NCBI GenBank assembly: GCA_965113315.1
Contig: OZ220365.1
Length of the DNA stretch: 64,000 bases
Direction: 5' to 3' (one strand)
DNA from: Podarcis vaucheri
Lineage: Eukaryota
Below the pieces are notes generated by a model that worked only from the letters and a program-made list of their open reading frames with translations, made no database searches and was not told the origin of the DNA. Positions 41,176 to 53,100 of this stretch are shown piece after piece (the stretch's first letter is position 1; each line of letters starts with the position of its first letter). The translations under genes were made by a program, and so were the position numbers.

Positions 41176-44100
41176 TGTGTATGGATCGGAATGAGAGAGA
41201 GAGATGTTGGAACACACCCACAATGGGTGTATCCTCATTCAGATCAGATAGCTGTTCAGTTTTACTGAGGACCACCATGTGTACAAATGAATAGGCATCT
41301 GTAAAGTAGAGTGAAGGAAAGAACCCAGACGACAGGGGGAATGGGTTCCAGAAGCAGGCTTGCTGAAGAAAGGAAGGGGAGGCTGAATTGCAGTGATATG
41401 GAGTGTAGGAAATTGGAACAATGTGTAAAAGTATTCCAGTTTGAAGAAACGAGAAGCTATGGAAAAGTAGTCACACCGTGTCTGTGAATATAAGGGGCTT
41501 TGTTGTGATGGCAAGATGCAGTAATGATGGCAGGCCAGGAACTCACCTGAGTAGGAAAATAGAAATGGAATGCTGTCTCAATACTTCAGTTTACATTGCT
41601 CAAATGTTCAGCCTTTTTCACCTCTTCCCTGTTCACAAAACTGAGCCATAGCAGTGTGGACAGTGCAGGTTGTTGGGATATTCCAGCTGAGCATTTTTCA
41701 CTAGGACTCTTTCTACTGGTTGGTCTCTATAGGGGGATGAAATAGAAAGGTGGGGAACTACCATCTCGTCAATTTCCTAAAGCAGTTATTCTTCACTTAC
41801 CATTGTGGTATTCATCCTTGCCATTCAAGTCATGTAGGAAGTACATTTAGAAAGCGTGGTGGCAGGTGGACCCTTAGTATTGCTTAATATTCTTGGGCTA
41901 AGCATGAGGTTGTTCCTAGTAGTCATGGGCTTTAATTATATTTTCTATAATATTTTATTAGGCTGCAGAAATGGCTCTCCGTTTGAGTGGAATCAATCGC
42001 TGGTGTGTCAGTGGCACACCAGTGCAACGAGGATTGGAAGGTGAATAGTATAGCTAATCTTCTGTCTATATCAACAAGCATGCAGTAATGGCAAGGGTAT
42101 TTTGGTCCAAACTCCCGTCTAGAAAGCATTTTTTTTTTTTAAATCCAGAATATTTGTGTCCTGGCTATCCAACAGCATAGTGTTCAAGACAGCTAATAAG
42201 AGAATCCATCAAGTGCAAACTAAAGCATATTTAAAATACACCTTAAAAATCACATCCCAAAGAAAAAAGCAGCACAAAAAAACAAAAACAGTACTAACTG
42301 TACCTACAAGTAGGTCTTCTCTTATGTTCCCACCAAATGTACCTATGACATTGGTGAGATACAGACAGTGACCTCATTTGCAGATTTTAATGCCCAGGCA
42401 AGTTTGTATTGGAGCAGGCAGTCCTTCAGGTACACTGATGCCAAGACATTTAGGACTTTAATGGTCAAAAGCAGCCCTACTTTGATTTGGGCTTGGAAAC
42501 TAATTTGAAATCAATTCATTTGTTGTGATCAGAATCACACGCTCCTCATCAGCTACTCCAGTTAACAGTCTGGCTGCAGCATTTTGGACAGACTGCAATA
42601 GTCCAAATGTACGTAGAGCCCAGCATCCTATTTTCACAGTAGCCAACCAGATGCCTATGGGATGCCCACAAGCAGGACATGAGCACATCAGCAGTTTCTC
42701 CACTTGTGTTCCCTAGAAACTGTTATTCAGAGGCATACTGCCTCCAGTACTAGAGGTACATGGCAGGTAGTCATTTATAACCTTATATTTCATGGGTTTA
42801 ACCCTGTTTTTAAGACTCCATCTTGTGGTAGTAAATTCCAGAGTTAAGTTGGGTGCTGTATGAAGAAATGCTACCTTTTGTTTCTCATGAATCTTCTGAC
42901 ATTCAGCTTCATTGCATGGCACCAGGTTCTACTAACTAGGGCATGTGTTGCCATGGCCAAATTCGTACCTCAAGTAAAGGATGTAGTTGACATACTAGCC
43001 AAAGCTATGCAGACATAGTTCCAGCAACAACCTGTTGCCTGTGTATCCAGTTTCCAGGATTACTCGCAAAGTGTGAACTTCATTGATCAAGGGAAGTGGG
43101 ACCTTCTCTAAAACAGGATGAACTCCAACTTTTTGATCTGCAGTATTATAGATTATGACAGTGTTGGCCAAACTTGGGTCTCCAGCTGTTTTGGGACTAC
43201 AATTCCCATCATCCCTGACCACTGGTCCTGTTAGCTAGGGAGGATGGGAGTTGTAGTCCAAAAAAACAGCTGGAGACCCAAGTTTGGCCAACACTGGATT
43301 ATGAGACCTAATAATTGCATTTACAATTGGCATCTATTCGTTTTTAGTAATAAACTTAAGAAACGGCAACAACAAAAATATTTTTTTAAGCACTGGGAAA
43401 TTTTCTACCCTCTATCATTGCCACCATGCAGTAATCCTTGTTCAGGAAAGCCTCCTAAGAATTAGGAGGAAACTGGAAACTGTCCTTCCATGAACTTCCA
43501 TATAAAATTTACATTTGTGATTGAAGCCTAGATTTTGAAAAATGTCAGTGCTTTGAAATTGCTGGTGGACTCTGTGTGATACTTATAAGAGAATGTACTG
43601 CTTATTTTAAGCTTTCACAAAGATTTGGTTGTATACGCAGCACCCAAGTTCCATCTCTCCTGCCCAAAGAAAGCAAGCGTGAAGTAATTTTACTTGTCAG
43701 GCTTAGCTAGGTTGCATTGTGTATAAGCTTTTTTTAAAAAAATTCTTGCTTGCAGTAAAATGTGCTGTTCCTTTGTCATAGATTTATATGGATTAGTACT
43801 GTTCCTTGGAGCTGATCCTTACTGGGTCAAATATTGGTGGGATCAGCTTCTGTATCGACCATACTGCAGGAAAAACACACAGCCTCTCTACAACTTCATA
43901 GCCAAGATAATGTGGAGGTCAGCAAAGAAGGACGTGATTGACCAAGTAAACACACAAGTTCTAAGAATATGTTCATAGACAACATTTTTCACCCAATACT
44001 TGAGTTACTCATTTGTCGTTTCATTTTATTATTAGATTCAGATCCCTGCTCAGACAGAAGATACACACTGGCTCTATTTTTCTCCTGTGGAGAGACACTT

Positions 44101-47100
44101 TTATCATCGCCAACATGAGGTCTGCTGCCAGGATGCTCTGGCAAAACTCAGGAAGATTTCTGATTGGTCCCTCAAACTTAGCAGCTTGGATCGGAGGACT
44201 GTTGCTTCCATTCTGTACCCTTTGTTGCGCTTGAGGCAGGCCTGCTGTCACCCGCAAGCTGTACGTGGCGAATTCCTCCCACTGCAGAAAAGGTTAATTA
44301 CATTTATTCTAAAAGTGACTCTAGACCTCTCATAATTACGGGACTCTTATACTGATGGACATGGGTCAGTGGGGTTTATTTCTGGGTAGACTTACAATAT
44401 TGAAATGTAAAGGTTGGGCTTTTTCTGTTGTTACTCTAAAGTCAGTTGGTGAGTGAAATTCACCAGTTTGGTATATGAAAGAGAAAGCTATTTGTTATTC
44501 ATTTGGACTTCATATTTCAGGCAGTGACTCTAGAAATAGCAGAGTACTTGTGAAGTTGAATTTATACTTAAAAGACAGCGTTTGAAAATGCCCTGTATAT
44601 TCTGCATACAAAGCAAGACATACATACATCTGTGCAACCTGCTGTAGTCTTGTTACCTCACCTGATGGAACATTAAAGATAGTTGTTGAGGTTCAATGTC
44701 AGATAATATGCAAAACTAAGATCCCACTCCATGTTTTTAATCATTGTGACTTGCATCAACAAAGTGCAAGTGAGGTTGTAGTAGGAAGGCGAAATCAGTG
44801 GAAAGTGAGGAAGGAAGCAGAGGTGCCCTTTGCTTGCAAAAGAGCAGCTTTTGATCCAAGGCTATGAATGAAAAGATATCAAATCTTTTAATTTTAATTA
44901 TCTTTAACTTATAGTATTCTGAGACAACTAACTGAGCAAAGAAATAAATAGATCTATACCATACAGATAGGTTTAGCCTAACTGTGGTTGGGATCCATTG
45001 ACTTGTTTGGTCTTTGCTCTTGACTCAAGACTATTTGTTTACCATAAATCGAACAGTGCTGAAGAACCTTTTACTGCACACACCACCAATTGAAATTCAC
45101 ATTTTCATCTGCAACCAACAAGTAATAGTACTGATTGATTAATCCTTTTCAACTCTGCAGATTACATGTTTCTATACTCTGCTGTGAGAAGAAATAGCAT
45201 AACAGTATGGCAACTGATGTTGACTATTCATACTATCACAGCCTAGAAATACTAGCTTTTATTGGGAGCAGAATATTGAAACTAACTTTTTAGTGTTTAA
45301 GTTGATGCAGCAAGTTCAGGAAATGTGCCAGTGAAATAAAGCAGCTTTAATTTTAACTGAAGGGTTTTATCTGTCCTAGCAACCTATATTCAGTGGAATG
45401 TTCATGGGTAGCAGCAACATAGCCACTTCAGTAAAGGAGGAGTACAGTAACAAAAAAGTAGCTCCCATAAAAAGGACTGCAGAAAAAGGATTTGTTTCTA
45501 AGCTCTTTTTGTCTGAGAGCAATAGTCCATTTTTACAACAAATGGTTGAAATTACTTGTGGGTATCCTTTTACTTATGTGTCCATGACACAGTGCTAGAG
45601 CTTCTGAATAATAGATACAATGAACCCATCGTCTCTATCAGGTTAGCAAGCTAATTCACTGTTGCTTTGCTATCCTGCCCTCTGTGAAGCTGGGGGTCCC
45701 AGGTTGTCTTTTATCCACATAATAGCCTGGACCAGTCTCTTGGTTTAGATATAGAATGACATCAGGTTTCTTTGCCTGTTGTTAAATATATATCCTTTTC
45801 CTCATAGCATGTCTTTTAGAAATCAGCATTTATTTTTTATTTTTACAATTTGAACCTGACAGTGAACAATGCCTGCTTTCTCTGTTTCTCCCACTCTGGT
45901 CCTGTATTGTGCCTGGGGAATGTGAACATGAGAGTACTGTTGCGCTCATATCCTGCTTGTGGACTTCATAGATAATCTGGCTGGCTCGGTGAGAACAGAA
46001 TGCGAGACTAGATAGCCTTTGCTCCGGTCCAGATGGGCTCCTCTTATATTCTTAGAACAATCTGCTTCTCTGTTAGGGTGCTTCCACCTGGAAGCCTTCT
46101 GCAGGTTTCTGTTCCTTCTCATTCCACTTTTCATCAGATTATGAGATAGCAGTGTACTGTCCACACCATTTAATTTTTTTAAAAAAGCAAGCAGCTGAGT
46201 TGAACGTTGTCACCATAAACAAGCCCAGACTGGAATGTTTTTAAAGTGTTTCTCCCTTTTCCATGGGCTGGCATAGCAGGTCCAGTGGAGAGTTTGGGGC
46301 TGTGTGTCAAATAACGAAGATTATTTGGCTTGGCCAATGGCATCATGAGACCTTGAGCAGCATGGACTGGGGGAAAAGGAGGAGACCCTTCTTCAGGGTA
46401 ACAATCCCAACTGCAGTTACCGTACTTGTCCCCCTCTGCTGTAGGCTAGCAGTGCAATTCCACTATTTGTTGTGTCACTAAGGTCATGTTACTTGGTCAT
46501 GTCAAGTCAGTCATTATAGTCTCTCACCACACTTTTGCATATAATGTGGATTACAAGGCATCTAGGCAAGGATTGTATCCTTATTTTTTCTGTATATTAA
46601 ATGGAATATATTTAGTAAAAATATTAAATAATAGCAGTAGAACAGCATCATTTTTTAATTATACCAGTTGCTAGTCCATTCAGTTTATTATTGTTATAAA
46701 AAGTACATTCTTGAAAAGGTGGCCTTATGACTTCTGATGCATACTGAATGCCTGTACTTCATGCTTTGGGTCTCTGTTCCAGCACAATGACAATGGAGGA
46801 GCTTCTAACATCACTACAGAAAAAATGTCGAACAGAATGTGAGGAAGTCCATAGGCAACTGGTGTGTGCTTTGAATGGATTAGCTGGTATTCATATTATT
46901 AAAGGTAAACTTGGCTCATAATAGTTTGGTGCAGTTCTTATGAGTGCAGTAACCCGTGTTAAGGTTAATTGCAAAGATATTTTATTTATAATGATTGAGA
47001 GAGAGAAAGAGAGAGAGTTCTTTACTATTTGGTTAATTCAGACTGAATCCAAAGGGCTGATTTGTTTTGCCTCAGATTCCTCTAAGCAAAATATAAGCCT

Positions 47101-50100
47101 CTGTATCTAGCCACTTACTAACTACGAATATCCCTTGGCTCTGAGCACCAAACTACATTGGACTGCCTGTGGAATCTGTTAGTTGTTTCTTAAATAGTTA
47201 AGTACCAGCCCAGGTGTTTAGGCATTTCTTTAGTAGAGTTACTGGTAAATCCTAAAGGAAAATGTGTATGTTCAGGATACTCAAGAAATGACATTTGTAC
47301 TAGCTGCAAGCAAAGCTGCAGAATTGTAAGTCTCTGGAAGGTTAGGAGGTGTAAGTCACTGCTTTTTCAGTTTTATAAATATTACTTCAAGATAGATTGG
47401 TACACCAAGATGCAGGAAGAGAAATTTAATCAGAAATGAAGTTTGCACTTGAGGAAATACTTGCATGCCTTTTTAAAGCAGCCAGCAAAGAGGAGGGCAG
47501 TTTTACAGGCCCACTCAAAATTCTGGTGACCCAGCACACAACTCTGAATCAGCATAAGAAGTACTTGAATCTAACAGGGAAGAGTGACTATATACAGTTT
47601 TATTTTATATCTCTTATCTCAAAAAATATTTTTTACAACATTTTTAAAATATGCTAACTTTATCAGTGGCTGCATACGCAATTTTACTGTTTTGATCTTA
47701 ATTCTGCAATAGGTTTGCCGGTCTGTCTCTGTCCATATGTAAATAGCCAAACAATTTAATATAATACTTTACAGTGATGTTTCTAAGTGTTGGAAATAGG
47801 GAACTATTTCCGTTTGGGAACAGACATAGAAAGTGTCTGTATCTTCCATTTCCAGGGTGGGTAGAGGGTTCCCATTGCCTCTGCTTCCCTGGAATGAAAA
47901 ATCACGGTGGTAGTAATAGAATTCTGTGTTTTAGCTTTGTTTTCACAGTTGGAAATTTATTCTCCAACTCCTTTTCAGTTATAATTTGTTTATGCAGCAT
48001 AGATGTCTCAAATTAAAGTGCTTATTAAGAAATCCTGATGGCACTGTGTGTACAGTTGTAGGTAATTAGACATTTGAAAGACAGAAATCCCAATACTCCA
48101 GTCTGAAATATGCTAATTTTTCAGGTGAATATGCATTGGCAGCAGATATGTATCGAGAGGTGCTGCGTTCCTCTGAAGAGCACAAAGAGAAGCTCAAAAC
48201 AGATTCATTGCAAGTATGTGCATAATCTCTGAAGGTACTCTTTAAACTAGTACAGACATTTTGTGGAACTTGTTTTGCCTTTTCTTGGCTTTTATGTCTG
48301 TTCATGAGCTAAAAGATTGATCACCAGATCAGCCATCAAGTACCAACCTCTTTTGCCAAGAGAGATCTGGTAATGTTGTCAACTTTCAAAAATCATCATT
48401 GTCACCAGGCATATATTCTGATATTTAGGAGCCAGCTTATATTTTGTATCAGTTTAGTTCAATCTATCCATAAGAGGAAAACTAATTCCTCTGTTTGAAA
48501 TAGTGTTACATCCAACTTCACATGAATAGGCAGGTGCTAGGCAAGCATTGGGTTGCAACTAGTGCGTATACTGCCAGTAAAAACTATGATTTCTTCACAA
48601 GGATCTCATAATTATTTAGCACCCTGGAAGTATGGAAGACCAGGATATAAATATTGTGAACAGTAATACTCAATCTATGGTACCAGATGAACAATGTAAA
48701 CAGTGAGCTAGGCCTTTCAGCTGGTGATGGTGTTGTTTTTTTAAAGCCTCACTATGGAATACCTGTGGGCACCTATAGTTCTATAATGTACAGGAGTCAG
48801 TTTATTACACTATTACAGGAGAACAGGATCTGGCCAGTGGACCAAGTTTAACAGTGGGACAGAGATGCCCACCAGCCAAACACATAATTTCAGAATGTTT
48901 TGGACCCTACTTGCCCACATAGATTTTGCAGAGAGCTTTTCAAAGTACTGTACATGACATGACACTCAGCTGTTTTTTGAATCTTCGAAGGCTGCTTACA
49001 CAATTTCACGTATGTGTGCTGGGGTTCGGAATGTAACCCCCACATAAATGGGGAGTCACCTGTACTGTTCTTTTTTGTATAACATGAATAAGTGTATACT
49101 GCCATAACTTTGAGATGTGGGTAGAAGATTATTTACCGTATATACACGAGTATAAGCTGACCCGAATATAAGCCGAGGCACTTTATTTTACCTCAAAAAA
49201 CTGGGGAAACTTATTGACTTATTCACCACACCACAAACTCTCCCCCCCAGCCCCTCCCGTCCCCCTGCCTACCTAGGGTGCTGCCAAGAGGCAGAGGCTG
49301 GGGGCGGCAGCGAAGGAGGAGGAAGGAGCAGCCCGAAAGAGCTGTTTTCAGGCTGCTCGTTCCTCCTCCACCACCTTTGCCACTGTCGTAAATGCGCTCG
49401 GGTGGGACCCTCACTTGAGTATAAGTCGAGATTTTTTTTCCAGCTTATATACACGAGTATATACGGTAGTTCTATGTGGTAATGTGTTCATGTTTCTGTG
49501 GGGATTTTACCGCCGATTTAAACTGCTTATTGTTCGTAATTGTCACCATACGTCAAACTTAATCACTGCTGCCTTTTTTATTGACAAACGCAGAGACTTC
49601 ATTCTACGCACAACTTGATGGAGCTTCTGGCAGGAAAGCATCCTGGGATATCTCCCACTTTGCGCGATAGCAGGCTTCAAGAAGAGGTGATTGTACACTG
49701 TGTGCACTTCAGTGTATTTAGAAATGCTTCCTGCAAAAGAATTTATAAAAGAATGTAATTTGTTACAGGATAGCTCCGAGGCCTCTTACAGAAATGCTTA
49801 GAATCCTAAGGTCAAGTGTAAGGAAATTCCATGTTTGCCATATCTTTCCAGATGCAGCTGTAGTGTACTTTCAAGGTCACAACTGTCAGTAACAAGCTGA
49901 AAGAACAAATGAATAGTTTCCTTATGGAGACTGCTGTGCTTAACTTCTTCATAACCTTATCCTGGCTATTGTTGTAGAGTTAATGCAGTTCTTTTCAAAC
50001 CTCCACTAACCATTCTGGGCTGTTAATAATAATAGAAAGAGTTTATGGTTGTGAAGTTGAAGGTAATTGAATTGATCGGTACTTTTAAAGGACTGCCTTT

Positions 50101-53100
50101 AGGTAAGAGGGACAGAGCAGGTCAAGACAGGGCCAGTCACTGCACAATTAGGACCTAAGGTTTATTAGGGCCTGGATAAAAGTTTGGCTGGGATAGCTGA
50201 AGCTGAAAAACTAGCAAGGCAAGAATGAATACCAATAGATCAGATGTTTTGAAGCTGACCAAGTAACTTTTCACAGATGATGAAAACAAGGATGTGACAT
50301 TTAATGAAGAACAAACTGTAGAATTGGAGAACAGAGTGGGAATTAGTGGCAATAGTTGTAGCGTTATATTTGAATAAGAATTAAGAGGGATAACAACCAA
50401 GTCCATTTGGATAGGAACAATGATTTGAAGGCAAGATTGCATGAAAATGCACACTAAAAATGATGGCATCCACTTAGGAGGCTGGTAAGTTTTCGTCTTG
50501 CTTAGGTGAGGCTGTTCTACCTTCAGTTGATTGCTTATAGACAAGAGCCAGCTATGCACACCCTCAAACCCTGGCAAGTTCTTTCTTTTATCATCCTTTG
50601 CTAGCTACTACAAGTGCCTGAGGGACGCGGGTGGCGCCGTGGGTAAAACCTCAGCGCCTAGGACTTGCCGATCGCATGGTCGGCAGTTCGAATCCCCGCG
50701 GCGGGGTGAGCTCCCGTTGTTCGGTCCCAGCTCCTGCCCACCTAGCAGTTCGAAAGCACCCTTAAGTGCAAGTAGATAAATAGGCACCGCTTTATAGCGG
50801 GAAGGTAAACGGCGTTTCCGTGTGCTGCTCTGGTGCCGGTTCGTCAGAGAAGCTTCGTCACGCTGGCCACGTGACCCGGAAGTGTCTGCGGACAGCGCTG
50901 GCTCCCGGCCTCTAGAGTGAGATGAGCGCACAACCCTAGAGTCTGAAGAAGTGTGCATGCACACGAAAGCTCATACCAAGAACTAACTTAGTTGGTCTTT
51001 AAGGTGCTACTGGAAGGAATTTTTTTATTTTGACTATGGCAGACCAACACGGCTACCTATCTGTAATCTGGTTAGGGTTAGGGTTAGGGTTTGGGTTTCC
51101 TGCTTGGCAGGGGGTTGGACTCGATGGCCCTTGTGGTCTCTTCCAACTCTATGATTCTATGATTCTATGATTCTAAGACTGGCCCGTACGGGCAGGGGTA
51201 CCTTTACAAGTGCCTGAGTAATGTTTCAGGTTGTACAAAGGAGCATTATGTATTAACTTTATTTGGAAAATTCATAAATGGCTTATATCTCCAAGCAATG
51301 TACAGATAAAATGTGGCAAAAAACCCAATTAAAAATAAATATGCACAAGATATTTTTTTAAAAAAATAAAACCAACAAAACTTGATAGGCTTGCTAAAAT
51401 GGGAGAGTTTTCAGCATATGTTTTAAACAATGTAGTAATGGTGCCTTCTTAATGTCAGTAGCCAGGAAATTCCAGGGCACATGCCACACATGGAAAAACT
51501 CGATCACAAATGCACAACAGGCAGCTTATGCGACTGCAAAAGTTGTAGTTCTGCAGATCAAAGTGATTGAATAGGCACATGTGGGGCAAGGTGAATTTCT
51601 TAAATAAACTGGTCCCAAGGAATTAAGAGTTTTATATACCTTAATATCAGTTTATTTTGCTAATGCCATTAAAACATCTAATGCTTAATATATGCTAGCA
51701 CTAATAAGGTGATAGACAGGATCTCTGCCCAGAGTAGAAATTCACAGTGTTAAAGGTAATTATCCAGATAAGTGTTATGGATAAAGTAATATTTCATTGT
51801 TGTCCAGAACTGGTAAGTTACATCTGTTGTTGATGATATTCAAATAAACTTGCGATATTCCAGATAAACATGAATATCCTTTCTATTTAGAAAAGCTGTG
51901 TAAGTTTCGCTGTGTTCTAGGGATAAGGGCAGTCCTTACTGAAATATGGCTTTCAAAGAAAATATTCCCTATGGTTGGTTGGTCTTACTTACTATGGGTT
52001 GCCCATAGAATCATAGAGTTGGAAGGTACCCCGAGGGTCATCTAGTCCAACCCCCCTGTGATGCAGGAATCTCAACACAAATGTCTCTTGAGTCCTTCTG
52101 TAGATTTTGTTTTAGGTAGCAGCTGTGTTCATATGTGATTCTAGCTTGGTATAGCAATTTATGTTGTGGCCTTTCTGGAGAGTGAAAGTAATTAAAAATG
52201 GCCTAACACTCTTCTAAAAAACATAGGATTCTATTTCATCTACATTCACTGGTAATAATGTATCAACTATTAACTAACAATGTTATAAGTATTTCAGTGT
52301 TTGGTGTCTTTCTCTCTCTTTCATTTAAAAAACAGTGTGAGCAACTCCGTCAACATTATATGAGCAAATCAAATGCAGAAGTTTCTGAAGCCCACCAGGC
52401 TTTGCAACCAGTGCTACAGACAATCCATGAACTCCAGAAGAAAGTAAGACTTTGTAATATTTTTGACTTGCCTTTTGATGATATGTGGGAGCTTATAAAT
52501 CTCTAAAAATGTGTCCATGAAAAGATTCCCTACTGCAACAAGCTGGATTAGAAGTGGAGTTCTAGAAAATTGGCCTTCAGTGGGTTATATCCAATGGTGC
52601 AGTTCCATTAATGCAACAGACTGCCACAGTGCAGGTGAATTTCTACCCGTACAACAGGACTCTCTGTGGTTCTCCTGCTCCCTGCAGCCCCACTCGTGCC
52701 TTCAAAAGTCTCCTGCAGAGCAGATTTTTGTGGGTGCAGGGAGGGAGGGAGGAGAGGAAGGCAAAGTCTTGTTATGTGAATTAAAATGTGCATGCCAGTT
52801 TTAGATACAACTAACGCACTGTTCTTCCACATAGTTTCTACGGAATAATGTATGTTCACGTTTCTCTGCCTCACTCCTGTCTGTAAACATTTAAGATGCA
52901 TAAATTGACCTGTGAATATACAAGTTAACAGCTTAAGTATGTGCAAATGTTATAAAACTTTAGAACTTGCCAAATAAAATAGATAAAGCAAATTTTCTTT
53001 ATCACGGATTTTTTCTGTTCTTCCAAGGAGCTCATTCCATCTTAGGCTAATTTACTTCACACTTGACAATGGACAAAAGAGCATGATTGGCTGAAGCTCA

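Larger units (their letters stand above)
50622..51204 (+). mobile_element. Sauria SINE (young), split by a nested composite insert at about 50943-51175
   Basis: Starts GGGACGCGGGTGGCG, B box GTTCGAATCC, resumes AAGACTGGCCCGTACGGGCAGGGGTACCTTT; perfect TSD TACAAGTGCCTGAG (50609-50622, 51205-51218). Confidence 0.93.

Noticed and set aside
50622-50700. tRNA gene
   Set aside because: A/B boxes belong to the tRNA-derived head of a Sauria SINE; the same applies near 3990 and 56395.
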